This document shows positions 38,297 through 52,150 of a stretch of DNA of 64,000 bases, in pieces. Made by a program: the position numbers and the translations under genes. A model generated the notes under the pieces. The model was not told the origin of the DNA, made no database searches, and saw only the letters and a program-made list of their open reading frames with translations. The first letter of the stretch is position 1. Each line of letters opens with the position of its first letter. The stretch is from positions 122,328,001-122,392,000 of the forward strand of contig NC_086097.1 in the NCBI RefSeq assembly GCF_963921235.1, written 5' to 3'. This DNA comes from Mobula hypostoma (taxonomy: Eukaryota).

Positions 38297-38472
38297 TACA
38301 CACAAAAACGCTAGAGAAATTCAGCAGATCAGGCAACATCTATGGAAGGAAATGAACAGTTGACATTTTGGACCGAGACCCAATCTTAACAAAGGGTCTC
38401 GGCTCGAAATGTCAAATGTTCATTTCCTTCCATGGATGTCGCCTGGCTTACCGGGTTCCTCCAAAACTTTGT
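38297..38472. mobile_element. Penelope-like fold-back remnant
   Basis: ATGGAAGGAAATGAACA..GAGACCC / GGGTCTC..TGTTCATTTCCTTCCAT. Confidence 0.75.
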
Positions 38473-38477
38473 TTAAA

Positions 38478-39362
38478 GATCATAGTAAATTTATTATGAA
38501 AGTTCGTTTATATCACTATTTACTACCCTCAGATTCATTTTCTCGCAGGCATTCATAGTAGAGCAAAGAAATGCAATAGAATTAAGAAAAAAGCTACATA
38601 CAAAGACTGACAAGGAAGCAATGTGCAAAATGTGTAAGTACAAAAAACATAATAATAATAAATAAATAATTCAATAAATAATACTGAGTACATAAGTTGG
38701 AAAGCCCTTAAAAGTGAGTCCATGGGTTGTGGAATCAGTTCAGAGTTGAGATGAGTGAAGTTACCCATGCTGGTTCAGGAGCCTGATGGTTGTAGGGTAA
38801 TAACTGTTTCTGTATGTGGCAGTGTGGTACCCGAAGCTCCTGTACCTATTGCCTGATGGCAGCAGTGAAAAGAGAACATGGCCCAGATGATGGGGTGGGG
38901 GGGGGGTCCTTGATGATGGATGCTGCTTTCTTGTGGCAGCGCTCCCTGTAGATGTTCTCAGTGGTGGGGAGGGCTTTTCCTGCAATGGACTGGGCTGTAT
39001 CCATCACTTGTTGTAGGGTTTTCTGTTCTTGGGCATTGGTGGTTCCATACCATGCCTTGATGCAGCCAATCAGGATACTTTGCACTGGGCATCTATGGAA
39101 GTTTGTCAGAGTATTAGGTAACATCCTAAATCTGTGTAATTTTCGAAGAAGATCGAGGAACTGCTGTCCCTTCTTTGTAATGGCACTTACGTGCTGGTTC
39201 CAAGACAAATCCTCCTAAATGATAATGCCAAGTAACTTAAAGCTACTGACCCTCTCTTCCTCCAATCCCCGAATGAGGACTGGCTCATGGCCCACTGGCT
39301 TCTTTCTCCTATAATCAATAATCAGCTCTTAGGTTTTGCTGATGTTGAGTGAAATGTTGTTG
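38478..39362 (-). mobile_element. Rex/Babar LINE 3' fragment
   Basis: SWNQHVSAITKKGQQ...LRKL...LTNF.RC.VQSIL.GCI.AWYG. Confidence 0.85.
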
Positions 39363-40324
39363 TGAGACAGTCAAGTTAGCTGTTGAAAGGTAATTGACCA
39401 GAAACATTAATTTTGCCTTCCACTCTCCACAGGTGCTGCCAGACCTGTGAAGTACTTATTTTCCTTGAACTAAAGGGCTATAATCAGAATTCAGTATTTA
39501 ACCGCAAGCAGGGAGCTGTAAAGCACTCAACTATTGTTAAATGGAATGACATGTCTTTAATACAATAAACCATAAAACGAAGGTTCAAATGCTAGAGTGA
39601 ATGTAGAAACCTGCAGGAAAATAAAAGATGATTAAAATAGTTCAACATAAAATAAGCCATTAAAATTAATTGCTCAGGAAAATTAGGACATACTGCAATC
39701 CTGGTTAGTGATTTTAAAATGGAACTTCAAAAGAACGCAAATGAAGATATATCAATAATGCTAACAGTTCTGTCAGCAAGCCATTAGCAGAAACTACAAA
39801 TTGCCTGCTGTAATTCAACCCAATGAAAATCTATCAACTGTTTTAATTGAACAGTCATACATTTCAAATTAAAAGCTGGTTTTAAAAAATTGAAAATCAA
39901 AGAATAGGGAAAATTAAACTGAAAAGAACCTAGCTCATTATGTAGATTAGATTCCAAACTAAACTGTTATTCAGTTACACTGAACTTGTTTTGGAAAAAT
40001 ACTGAAAATGTGATCTGATATTATATTTTAGTGTGAGATTACTGACAACTTTAACTACATTATCTTAAACTTTTGCAAATGCTAAGCAGTACGGCAACAC
40101 CTAACATACTATTATTGTAAGTTAAAAATTTGTATTTCTTCTGAAATCTTTTCCTTCAATTCTTTTGAAGTGGAATGTGTTGATTATTTTTTAAGTGACA
40201 CAAGAGAATCTGCTAGCATGGGCTGCAATACAGGGAAAGACTACACATGCAAACACATATCAATAACCATTGATAACATTGAAGAACAGCAATTGCATTG
40301 GGTATAAAACTCGAGAAGAATATA

Positions 40325-40864
40325 CAGTCTTTGCCAACTTATGAAGTACAATTTATAACACCTGCTTGTGAATGCAAATATTGAATCAACCAATCATGTG
40401 GCAGCAACTCAATGCATACAAAGCATACAAAGGTCAAGAGGTTCAGTTGTTGTTCAGCCCAAACATCAGGGTGAGGAAGAAATGTGATCTAAGTGATTGT
40501 TACTGTGGAATGCTTGTTGGTAACAAATGAGGTGGGTTGAGTATCTCAGAAACTGCTGATCTCCTGGTATTTTCATGCACAACGTTCTCTACCGTTTACA
40601 GAAAATGGTGCAAGAAACAAAAAACATCCAGTGAGCAGCAGTTCTGTGACCAAAAATGCCTTGATAATGAGAGAGGTCAGAAGAAAATGGCCAGACTGGT
40701 TCAAGCTGACAGGAAGGCAACGGTAACTCAAATAATCACGCATTACAACAGTGGTGTGCAGAAGAGCATCTCTGAATGCACAGCACGTTGAACCTTGAGG
40801 TGGATGTGCTACAGCAGTAGAAGACCTAATTTATTAGGAGGTGTCTAATAAATGGCCACTCAGC
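40325..40864 (+). mobile_element. Tc1-family element retaining the transposase N-terminal HTH
   Basis: ORF 40537-40791 SISETADLL.FS.TT.S.VYR.W...ERGQ..MARLVQADRKATV.QI; TIR end TAATAAA-TGGCCACTCAG. Confidence 0.8.
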
Positions 40865-41573
40865 ATATGTCATTGAGTCATAGAGCATGGAAACTGGCCC
40901 ATTCACCCACAGAGTACCATTGACCTTCAACCACCTAGTTACACTACTCTTGCATTAACACTTTTTATTGCATTAACACTTTTTATTCTCTTCAAGTTCC
41001 CTCAGATTCTACCAACCACCTATGTACACAGGAAATTTACAGGGTCCAGTTAAAAACTACATGTCATTGGGGTGAGGGGGGAAACCAGAGTACCCAGGGG
41101 AACTCCACTTATTGCAGGTTAAACGTACAAACCCGACACAGAAATATTCCAAGGTCAGGATTGAATCTAGGGTAATTCAAGATCCTATAGATGCTGCTTG
41201 GCCTGCTGCGTTCACCAGCAACTTTGATGTGTGTTGCTTCAATATTAAAGGTTGTTTATTGTCATTCATCAGTACATAAATTTAAATGAGAACGAGAACA
41301 AATGTAACTCCTACAATTACAAATAATTGGTAGTGTGAGGCAGAGGGTCTACCAGCTATACTATTGTGCTGTCTGTCCTACACTCTAAAATGAAATTAAC
41401 TGACGGGATAACTTTAAGAATCAAATCTGATTTATTATATGTCATGAAATTTGTTGTTCTTTTGGCAGCAGTACAGTGAAATACATAAAATATACTCCGA
41501 ATTATAATTAGAAATATATTAAAAACTAAATAGTGCAAAAAGAAAGCAAAATAGGATTCATTGGATCATTTAA

Positions 41574-41712
41574 ACGCAAACAACAGGAATTCTGCAGATG
41601 CTGGAAATTCAAGCAACATACATCAAAGTTGCTGGTGAACGCAGCAGGCCAAGCAGCATCTGTAGGAAGAGGTGCAGTCGACGTTTCAGGCCGAGACCCT
41701 TCGTCAGGACTA
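41574..41712 (-). mobile_element. Young Penelope-like terminal repeat, 5'-truncated at the hammerhead
   Basis: Nearly identical to 62579-62678 and 62698-62820; inserted in a Rex/Babar tail. Confidence 0.85.
41675..41712 (-). ncRNA. Minimal type-I hammerhead ribozyme motif (intact core)
   Basis: UAGUC-CUGACGA-AGG(GUCUCGG)CCU-GAAA-C-GUC^GACUG. Confidence 0.75.
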
Positions 41713-43082
41713 TCATTGTCTGTTCAGAAATCTGATGACAGAGGGGAAGAGGGTGCTCCTAAAACATTGAGTGTGTCTTCATGCTCCTGTACCTCCTAAA
41801 ACATTGATTGTTGAGTGTTGAATGATGGGAAAATTCTGCACATAAAACTTTTGCCAATCGTTAGAAGCTGCTGGGCTAATTTGATTGTGATGTGGCATCT
41901 ATTTTTTAAACTCGATCATGTTAGCATCGCTCTTTGGACATGTGTCCCAACATGTAAGACTGGCAAGTGAAAAACTCGCAAAACAGACTAGAATGCTAGT
42001 CTGAAATGCTGAGCACTACTGCCAATGGACACAGCTACAACTAACCTTCCTTTAGAAGTTGAGTAGGTGAAATGCCCCCTACGCACCCCCAAAACCTTTT
42101 CTATAGAGCCTTAATGAATTATTAATTGCAGGTTTGCAGTTAATCATTTAAACCAACAATCTAGAAACCACTCAACTAACTGATGTATCTCACTTCTGTG
42201 GGGCCCCTCATCTCCGTCGGACATTCTGCCAATAGCTGTTGCATCACCGGAGAACTTACAGGTAGATGGTGTTTGAACTGTGTCTAGGTACACAGCCATG
42301 GGTGTACAGAGAGTAGACCAGTGGACTAAGTACTCATCCTTGAGATTTACCTGTGTTGATTGTCAGCAAGAGGAAGATGTTATCTCCAATCCCTACTGAC
42401 TATGGTTTCCTGATGAAGTCAAGAATCCAGTTGCGGAGGCAGGTACTGAGGCCCAAGTTTTGAAACTTGTTGATTAATACTGAGAGGAGGATGGCATTGA
42501 ATGCTGAGCTGTAATCAATGAACAGCAGCCTGACCAACGTCAAAATCAGATCCAGGTTTAATGTTACTGGCATATCTCGTGAAATTTGTTCTTTTGAGGC
42601 AGCAGTTAATTGCAGTCCCAATGGTGTTAAGACAAATTGCAGTGGATCTAGGTCTGATAGAAGATCACCCCTCTTTCTCCTATGCTGCAATGAATAAAGT
42701 CCCAGCTTGCACAAACTCAGTCCCTCAAGTCCTGACAACATCCTTGTAAATCTCCTTGGAATCCTTCCCAGTTTAATGGCTTCTTTCCAATAGCAGGGTG
42801 ACCGAAACTAGTACAATATTCCAAATGCAGTCTCTCCAACTTCTTTGACAAATGCAAAATGGTATCCCTACTTCTACAGCCAATGCCATAGCAAAGGCCA
42901 AAACGGCAAAAAGTCTTCCTGTGCAAGGGTGAAGCTACATATAGCATATCTTCTCTGAGGATCATCATCTTGTCATGGCGGAGAGGCTCCTGAGATCCCA
43001 AGAGTGACATCATCTGGAATTTAGCCATCTGGCACTTAGTCTTGGCTGGGTCACCCCTGGTGTAAGGTCAAGGGGGAGGTTC

Positions 43083-44055
43083 ATAGAACATAGAACATCG
43101 AATAGTACAGCACAGTACAGGCCCTTCGGCCCACAATGTTGTGCCAACCCTCAAACCCTGCCTCCTATATAATCCCCCACCTTAAATTCCTCCATATACC
43201 TGTCTAGTAGTCTCTTAAACTTCACTAGTGTATCTGCCTCCACCACTGACTCAGGCTGTGCATTCCACGCACCAACCACTCTCTGAGTAAAAAACCTTCC
43301 TCTAATATCCCCCTTGAACTTCTCACCCCTTACCTTAAAGCCATGTCCTCTTGTATTGAGCAGTGGTGCCCTGGGGAAGAGGCACTGGCTATCCACTCTA
43401 TCTATTCCTCTTATTATCTTGTACACCTCTATCATTTCTCGTCTCATCCTCCTTCTCTCCAAAGAGTAAAGACCCAGCTCCCTTAATCTCTGATCATAAT
43501 CCATACTCTCAAAACCAGGCAGCATTCTGGTAAATCTCCTTTGTACCCTTTCCAATGCTTCCACATCCTTCCTATAGTGAGGCCACCAGAACTGGACAGA
43601 GTACTCCAAGTGTGGCCTAACCAGAGTTTTATAGAACTGCATCATTACATCGTGACTCTTAAACTGCATCCCTCTATTTATGAAAGCTAACACCCCATAT
43701 GTTTTCTTAACTACCCTGTCCACCTGTGAGGCAAATTTCAGGGATCTGTGGACATGTACCCCCAGATCCCTCTGCTCCTCCACACTACCAAGTATCCTGC
43801 CATTTACTTTGTACTCTGCCTTGGAGTTTATCCTTCCAAAGTGTACCACCTCACATTTCTCCGGGTTGAACTCCATCTGCCACTTCTCAGCCCACTTCTG
43901 CATCCTATCAATGTCTCTCTGCAATCTTCGACAATCCTCTACACTGTCTACAACACCACCAACCTTTGTGTCGTCTGCAAACTTGCCAACCCACCCTTCT
44001 ACCCCCACATCCAGGTCGTTAATAAAAATCACGAAAAGTAGAGGTCCCAGAACAG
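43083..44055 (-). mobile_element. 5'-truncated young CR1 with uninterrupted RT C-terminal frame
   Basis: ORF 43151-44074: SVLGPLLFVIFINDLD, KFADD, LVRPHLEY; (TTCTATG)n tail. Confidence 0.93.
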
Positions 44056-44080
44056 AAAGCAAAGAACAATCCAACCAAGA

Positions 44081-45436
44081 TGCCTTAATGACTATCGCCC
44101 GGTAGCACTCACAGAAACTGTGATGAAATGCTTTGAGAGTTGGTCATGACTAGACTGAACTCCTGACTCAGCAAGGACCTGGACCCACTGCAATTTGCCT
44201 GTCGCCACAATAGGTCAACAGCAGACGCAATCTCAATGGCTCTTCACACAGCTTTAGATCACCTGGGCAACACAAGCACCTATGTCAGGATGCTGTTCAT
44301 TGACTATAGCTCAGCATTTAATACCATCATTCTCACAATCCTGATTGAGGAATCTGGGCCTCTGCACCTCCCTCTGCAATTGGATCCTTAACTTCCTAAC
44401 CGGAAGACCACAATCTGTGCAGATTGGTGATAACATCTCTTCCTCGCTGATGTTCAACACTGGTGCACCTTGGGGTGTTTGCTTAGCCCACTGCTCTACT
44501 CTCTCTATACCCATGACTGTGGTGCTAGGCATAGCTCAAATACCATCTATAAATTTGCTGATGATACAACCATTGCTGGTAGAATCTCAGATGGTGATGA
44601 GAGGGCGTACAGGAGTGAGATATGCCAACTAATAGAGTGGTGTTGCAGCAACAACCTGGCACTCAACATCAGTAAGATGAAAGAGTTGATTGTGGACTTC
44701 AGGAAGGGTAAGAGGAAGGGACACATACCAATCCTCATAGAGGGATCAGAAGGGGAAAGGGTGAGTAGTTTCAAGTTCCTGGGTGTCAAGATCTCTGAGG
44801 ATCTAACCTGGTCCCAACATATTGATGCAGTTATAAAGAAGGCAAGACAGCAACTATACTTCATTAGGAGTCTGAAGAGATTTGCTATGTCAACAAATAC
44901 ACTCAAAAACTTCTATAAATGTACCATGGAAAGCATTCTGACAGCCTGCATCAATTGTCTGAAATGGAGAGGCTACTGCACAGGACTGAAAGAAGCTGCA
45001 GAGGGTTGTAAATTTAGTTGGCTCTATCTTGGGTACTAGCCTACAAGGTACCCAGGACATCTTCAAGGTGCGGTGTCTCAGAAAAGCAATGTCCTCTATT
45101 AAAGACCTCCAGCACCCAGGGCATGGCCTTTTCTCACTGTTACCATCAGGTAGGAGGTACAGAGGCCTGAAGGTACACACACAGCAATTCAGGAACAGTT
45201 TCATCTCTGCCATCTGATGGCTAAATGGACTTTGAACACTTGAACACTACCTCAATTTTTTAACATTTACTATTTATATTTTTTGCACGATTTTTAATCT
45301 ATTTGATATATGTATACTGGAATTGATTGCTTGATAGATTTTTCTTCTATATAATGTATTGCATTGAACTGCTGCTGCTAAGTTAACAAATCTCACGACA
45401 TATGCTGGAGATAACAAACCTGATTGTGATTCTGAT
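44081..45436 (+). mobile_element. 5'-truncated Rex/Babar LINE (RT, frameshifted)
   Basis: [51 protein letters not shown]; tail GATTGTGATTCTGA. Confidence 0.9.
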
Positions 45437-45815
45437 CTCAGTGGGAGAGATGGCAGAAAATGGTGACACAATCACACTGGCAGTGCAGGCGGAGGAAGGC
45501 TGCAGCAGGGAAGGGTACACAATCATCTTGCATTCTGTGCCACTGGACCCTGACTCCAATCTGCCAAGGAGTGTGCATCAGCCTCCATATGTTAAACAAA
45601 GTCATGCACAGGCATGCTCCATTAAGGAATTCACCGTAACAGACCATGTGGATCCTGGATCAGCCTCTATAGCCACCTAGGACCCATCAATAGATAACAC
45701 TTAGGAGAACATCATACTGCACCTGAGTGATCGGACTACTGTGTAGCACCCAGGCTTGCTGTAAGCTGTAAACTGTAAAGGTCAGACACATTCAATATTC
45801 CAAAACACTTGTATA

Positions 45816-47384
45816 CACTCAGTGGCCACTTTATTAGGTGCATCCTGTATTAATTAAAAAGGCTTTTTCACCCACAGAACTAACGGTCACTGGACGTGTT
45901 TTGTTTCTCACATCATTTTCTGTAAACTGTAGAGACTGTTGTGTGTGAAACTCCTCAGAGATCAGCAGTTTCTGAGACACTCAAACCGCGCCAGCCACCA
46001 AGATAGTATTGGCCACATACGGCAACATTTGTGGGCAACCCTCAAAACTAGTAAATACTCTACTAGTCATACTTCTTTTTGACTACAATCTCTGCAATCC
46101 ACAGCCTGTAATTTACCTTTAGTGAAACTGTTGTAGCTTTGAATTGTCAACAAACGAGTGATTTTACAATCTACTGAACGATTCTCGAGAATGAAGGTAC
46201 ATCCGGGGTGGCCATCACTGGAGCCGAACGCCGTGTTGAGGCCCGAGAGTGGGGAAGGAACCAGAGTTCAATGGCATCTTCCTGCATTTGACTTGTCTCC
46301 CTCTCTGCTCACAGCTATCACCAGGTGGAGAGGTGCAAGAGTCCACCCTGGCACTTCTGGAAGCAGTTGTTGCCCTGTGGCCATTGGGCTTCTGGACCAC
46401 CTTCCCTTGCCTCAGCACTGAACTGACCCACTGACTCTATAGCTGTGGACTCACTTTCAGGGATTGTGTAGATCATGTTCTATGTATTACTTGTTTACCT
46501 TTCTTTTAAACTACTTGAACAATTTGTTCCCTTTTGTACATTAGATGCTTGCCAGGCTTTGTTGTGTGTGGTTTATTGTGGATTCTATTGTGTTTCTTTG
46601 TTTGATGGGCATGTCCCAGACACTCACAATTTTCTGCAGATATACTGAGGAGAGGATTCTAATTGGTCGCATCACCATCTGGCATGGAGGGGCCACTGCA
46701 TAGGATCGGGAAAAGCTGCAGAAAGCTGTAAGCTCAGTCAGCTCCATCATGGGAAGTAGCCTCCCCAGCATCCAGGACACCTTCAAAATGTGATGCCTCA
46801 GTAAGGCAGCATTCATCATTCAAGACCCCAATAATCCAGAACATGCCCTCTTCCCATTGCTGCCATCAAGGAGGAGGTACAGGAGCCTGAACGCACACAC
46901 TCAACATTTCTTCCCCTCCGCCATCAGATTTCTGAATGGACAATGAACCCATGAACACTACCTCAATATTTTTTCCTCTCTGTTTGCATTACTTATTTAA
47001 TTTATTATTTTATGTGTACTTCTTACTGTAATTTAGTATTTTTATTATGTATAGCAATGTACCGCAAAACAACAATTTTCACGACATACGCCAAAGATAT
47101 TAAACTTGTTTCGGATACAGAAGGTTGTGTGTGGTATACATACTTCGATAATAAATTTGAATTTGAACATTGAACCCCATCTGGCACCAACAATCATTCC
47201 ACGGTCAAAGTCATTTAGATCACATTTCTTTCCCTAATCTGATTTTTGGTCTGAACAACAACTGAACCTCTTGACCACATCTGCATGCTTTTATTCAGGG
47301 AGTTGCTGTCAGGTGATTGGCTGATTAGATGTTTGTATTAGTGGGTAGATGTACAGGTGTACCTAATAAAGTGGCCACTGAGTG
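45816..47384 (-). mobile_element. Tc1-family element split by ~1.2 kb of inserts, including a Rex/Babar 3' fragment (~46600-47170)
   Basis: TIRs CACTCAGTGGCCACTTTATTAGGT / ACCTAATAAAGTGGCCACTGAGTG; body breaks at ~45993 and resumes at ~47175. Confidence 0.75.
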
Positions 47385-48417
47385 CACATCTCATTCTCCT
47401 CTGCCAAACCGCAACAGAATGAAGGCATAGATTCACCAGGGTTGTGGGCATCCCCATGGTACAAGGTGTCATGGCCTGTCTGCATCCGCAGTGCTTTACA
47501 GAAGCCATATGGATCATGTCTGGAAAGAATTCAACTTCCTGAACGTCCAGATGGTCCTGACCATGCACAGTGGATTCATGTTGCTTAATGCTGAGTATCC
47601 TGGCAGATGTCTCAATGCACAATTGTGCAGCCATCTGTGCCCATCGATATCTAAAACTCCACATTAAAGCAACGAATGGCGACAGTAGTGACCAGAGCTA
47701 CCCTCTGATGACCTCAATTCTGACATCTAACTTGGTCTCAGATGGACAATGTGCAACGCCGTGCTGACTGAGCAGATAATTTGAATCCTCAAGGAACAAA
47801 CAAGCCATCTCAATAACTTCACTCATCTCATGCCGAACTGACTTACTTTCAAGGACTCTGCAACTCATGTTTCCTGTATTATTTATTGATATATATTTTT
47901 TATTTATGATTCGCACCATTATTTATAAAAGAAAGGAAGAGGCAAACTGAGTAGTTGCAGGTCAAATGGAAAAATGACTGGAATCGATTCTTAGAGACAG
48001 AATATACAGAGAATGAGAGGTACCTGGAATGAGTTACCAGGGTTAATCATGGAATCAGATAGTTTGGAGGACTTTGGGGCATTATTTATTGACTCTTTTT
48101 CATTTACTATTTTCACGATTTGTCTTTTTTGCCCATTTTGTCAATCTTTGCTATGCGTAGCTTTTTGTAAATGCTTTTATATTTATTTATTTTCCTGTAA
48201 ATGCCTACAAGGGACTGCGTCTCCGGGTAGTATATGGTGACATAAATATGTTTGTGGTCTTCTGCTGCTGGAGCCCATCCGCTTCAAGGTTCAACGTATT
48301 GAACATCCAGAGATGCTCTCTGCAAGGTACTGTCATAATGCGTGGTTATTTGAATTACTGTCACCTTCCTGTCAGCTTAAACCAGTCTGGCTATTCTTCT
48401 GTACCTCTCCCATTGAA

Positions 48418-49740
48418 ACCATAATACCATAAGATTTAGGAGCAGAACTAGGCCATTCAATCCATTGAGTCTGCTCTGCCATTCCATCATAGTGGATTAT
48501 TTTATCCCTCTCAACCACATTCTCCCACCTTCTCCCCGTAACCTTTGAAGCCCTGACTAATCGAGAACCTATCAACCTCCACTTTAAGTAAACTCAATGA
48601 CTTGGCTTCCAGAGCTGTCTGTTGTAATGAGTTCCACAGAATCACCAACCTCTGGCTAAAGTAATCCTCTGTTCTCAAGAGAAACCTTGCCCCCTGCACC
48701 AGTTCCTCAGCTACACATTCATCTGTACTATAATCCTACTCCTGACCAGCACTGGGAGTAATCCAGAGGTTACTACCTTGGAGGTCCTATTCTTCAGCCT
48801 CTTCCCGAGCTCCTTATGCTCAATGCACAGGACCTCTTCCCCCTTTCTACCAACGTCATTGGCGCAGTGAGTACCGTGACCTCTGGCTGCTCACCCTTCC
48901 CCTTGAGAATCTTCAGCAGCCATTCTGAGACATCCTGGATCCGAGTACCTGGGAGGCAACATACCATCCAGGCATCACTTTTATGGACACAGAATCTACT
49001 GTCTTTTCCCCTAATTATCAAGTCTCCAATCATCATTTCTCTGCCTGACTTTACTTTTCCCTGCTGATCCTCGGAGCTGGCCGCAGTGCCACTAGCCGGG
49101 CTGCTGCTGCTGTGCCTTGATAGGTCATCACACTCCGACCCCAGTAGTATCCACATGTGTATACTTGTTACTGAGGGGAATGGCCAGAGGGGAGCCCTGC
49201 ACTGACTGCTTACTCCCCTTACTTCTCCTGGTGGTCACCAAGTTACGACTTGAAGCCTGCACTCTGAGTGTGGCCATCTCAGTAAAAGTCTCATCTATGA
49301 GGTTTTCAATCTCCCAGATTGCCCTGAATACTTCCAGCTCCACTCCTTGACCTTGTTAGTCAGAAGCTAACGTTCGGCATACTTCTTCCAGATGCAGTCA
49401 TCAGGGAGACTGTTAGGTACTCTGAAATCCCACTTCTCACAGAAGGAGCATTCCATTGCCTTAACTACCATCCAACCTGTACATGTTATACATCTAACTT
49501 CTCAAAAGTTCTATCCTGCGCCTGTTCTCAACCAAGCCTGTTGAGCCAAAGCCTGGCAACTCTAACACTATCCACTCCAACAATGGCCACTCCACTTACA
49601 TCTCGTTCCTTTTTATTAGCCCCTGCCTAAGATAACACAATGACTGCCAAAAACTTTCAAAAGGTCCCAAGCACTTTTTAAACCTGGTGCTGCCTCACCA
49701 ATGAACGACATCTCAACATGTTTGCAGAACTGCCACCCAC
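48418..49740 (-). pseudogene. Old internally deleted CR1: 5'UTR and esterase ORF1 remnant joined to a 3' tail, nested in a Tc1 element (~48250-50023)
   Basis: AIPLSNKY; IGDLIIRGKDSRFC..MVCCLPGTRIQDVSE..ILKGKGEQPEV, homologous to ORF1 at 13908. Confidence 0.85.
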
Positions 49741-50819
49741 TGGCTGATTTTTTTTTTTGTTTTTCACAGCATTCTCTGTAAACTCAAGAGACAGTGTGTC
49801 AAAATCCCAAGAAATCAGCAGTTTCTGAGAAAATCAAAACACTCTGTCTGGCACCAACAATCATTCCACAATCAAAGTCACATAGATCACAGTTCTTCCC
49901 CATTCTGTAGTTTTGTCTGAACAACTGAACTTCTTTTATGCATTGAGTTGCTGCCACATGATTGGCTGATGAGATATTCTCATTAAAGAGCACGTGTACC
50001 TAATAAAGTGGCCAATGAGTGTACGTACTTTGAACCTCGCGTGTTCTGAGGGATTTTGAGTGGAATTTAACAGAGCAAGTCATGAGAAAGCCGTCCAACC
50101 CCAATAAACCAAGGGCACCCTGTGTGCTTGGGTTTGTGCTACTAAGACACTTCAGCTGATATGATCTATAGCTCATTTCATTAAGTGTTTAAACATTAAT
50201 GTCTTCACCACAAAGACACGTAATTCCGCATGCTAACTGGATCCTTTAATCAATTAGCAAAACCCCATCATTACTTTTATGGTGGATTGCATACCACCCT
50301 TTTCCGAAGTGGTCCATTTGAAAATAGGTCAGTATTCTTTTAACACGCTGAGTCGCAAAGACCAAGGACTTTCATGGAATCTTCAAAACATTTTCTCAAT
50401 ATTTATTATTTATTTATTTGTTGTACATGGATTTTTATGACAGTTTGACAGCATCGTGCTCATCAAAGTTGATGCCATTTCTAATCTCTCCGCATCCCTT
50501 TCCAATTTAATTAACTGTCTTCTTTTGCACGTTGGTTGTTTGCCTGTCTTTGTGTGCAGCTTTCAATTGATTCTATTGTGCTTCTTTGCATCTATGACAC
50601 ATGCCCACAAGAAAATGGGTCTCAGGGCAGTATATGGTGACATACTGTACATACTTAATTAATAAATTTACTTTGTGTTTCGAATAACTTGGAATTTTTC
50701 CCCAGGTGGCATCACCATTTACAACGTTTGCAGTTTGAAAAGCGAAATCTGACAGAGTTTTGGCCCAGGACTGAAATGCAGACAAGGATAAATTCTTTAA
50801 AATGTTTTAATGTGGGCAA

Positions 50820-51220
50820 GGGATAATAAAATGGTTGCAATCGGACTGGTAATCCAGAGACCTAAACTAATGACTCAGAGACCCAAGATCAATTCCCACC
50901 ACAGCTGCTTTGGAATTCAATTAGTTAATTAGATTGGAAGGGGATGCGGGGAGATTAGAAATGGCATCAACTTTGATGAGCATGGAGCTGTCAGACTGTC
51001 ATACTGATCCATGTAGCTGATTGAAGTCCTCTCTCCCCAGAGGAAACCTTCCACCTTTATCTGCTTTGGCTTGTGCACAACTGTACATTCACAGGAAATA
51101 TTCCTGGTCATCAGCCACTCTCTGAACCAGGAGGCTTGCCAGGCTATTTCAAAGGATAATTAGGGATGGGTAATAACTGCATTACTCAACAGTCATGCCG
51201 AGATCCCATGAAAGAATTCC
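50820..51220 (+). mobile_element. Ancient SINE, DeuSINE/SacSINE1-like
   Basis: GGACTGGTAATCCAGAGACC head; tail AATTAGGGATGGGTAATAA..ATCCCATGAAAGAAT recognised from memory of the family. Confidence 0.5.
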
Positions 51221-51254
51221 TTCATAATGAACAATGTCCAAATTTTTGAGTAAC

Positions 51255-51390
51255 ACACACTTAACGCTGAAGGAATTCAGCCAGTGGGGAGGGGAAGCAT
51301 CTATGGTAGGAAATAAACAGTCAACGTTTTGGGCCAAGACCCTTCTTCGGAATGAAGTGTTGTGGCCTGAAACATCGAGTGTTTATAGCC
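51255..51390. mobile_element. Penelope-like fold-back remnant
   Basis: TAAACAGTCAACGTTTTGGGCCA / TGGCCTGAAACATCGAGTGTTTA. Confidence 0.7.
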
Positions 51391-51664
51391 AAATTTTATA
51401 CAACAAATGGTACAGGATTACAGCAAATTACATTGAGCAAATCAAGAAGCCAATCTCCCTGTTATTTCAGGTGTTCACCATTGCAGTTTTTTTTTGCTTC
51501 AGCTGCATTATCATGGCTTTATAAAAAGACTAAAAGATGTGTGAAAATAGCTCACAACATTACATCAAAATAGTTTGTGAAATCTACCAGCGATTATTTT
51601 GTTCTGATATTCAGCCATCTTCTCACACTCCTTTCAGACACTTCAGTTGCTTCTGTTTATTCTA

Positions 51665-52150
51665 TAAGACCATAAGACATAGGAGGAGAATTAGGCCATT
51701 GAGTCCGCTCTGCCATTCCAGCATGGCTGATTTATTATCCCTCTCAACCCCACTCTCCTGCATTCTTCTCATAAAATTTGATGCACAGACTAATCAAGAA
51801 CCTATCAACCTCTGTTTAAATATACCCAACGACTTGGCCTCCACATCCATCTCTGCCAATGAACTCCACAGATTCACCACCCTCTGCTTCAAGAAATTCC
51901 TTCTCATTTCTTTTCTAAATGGATGACCCTCTGTTCTGAGGCTGTGCACTCTGGTCCTAGATAATCCCACTATAGGAAATATCCTCTCCACATCCACCCT
52001 CTCTAGGCCTTTCAATATTCGATAGGTTTCAATGAGATTCCCACCTCATTCTTCTAAACTCCAGTGAGTACAGGCCCAGAGCCATCAAACGCTCCTCATA
52101 CATTAACTCTTTAATTCCTGTAATCTTTTCATGAACCTTCTCTGGAACCA
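51665..52150 (-). mobile_element. CR1 3' fragment
   Basis: KGLERVDVERIFP..RRNF..QRVVNLW; tail (TCTTATGG). Confidence 0.85.

Noticed and set aside
40950..40988. 18-bp tandem duplication TGCATTAACACTTTTTAT
   Set aside because: Ordinary slippage duplication within a SINE
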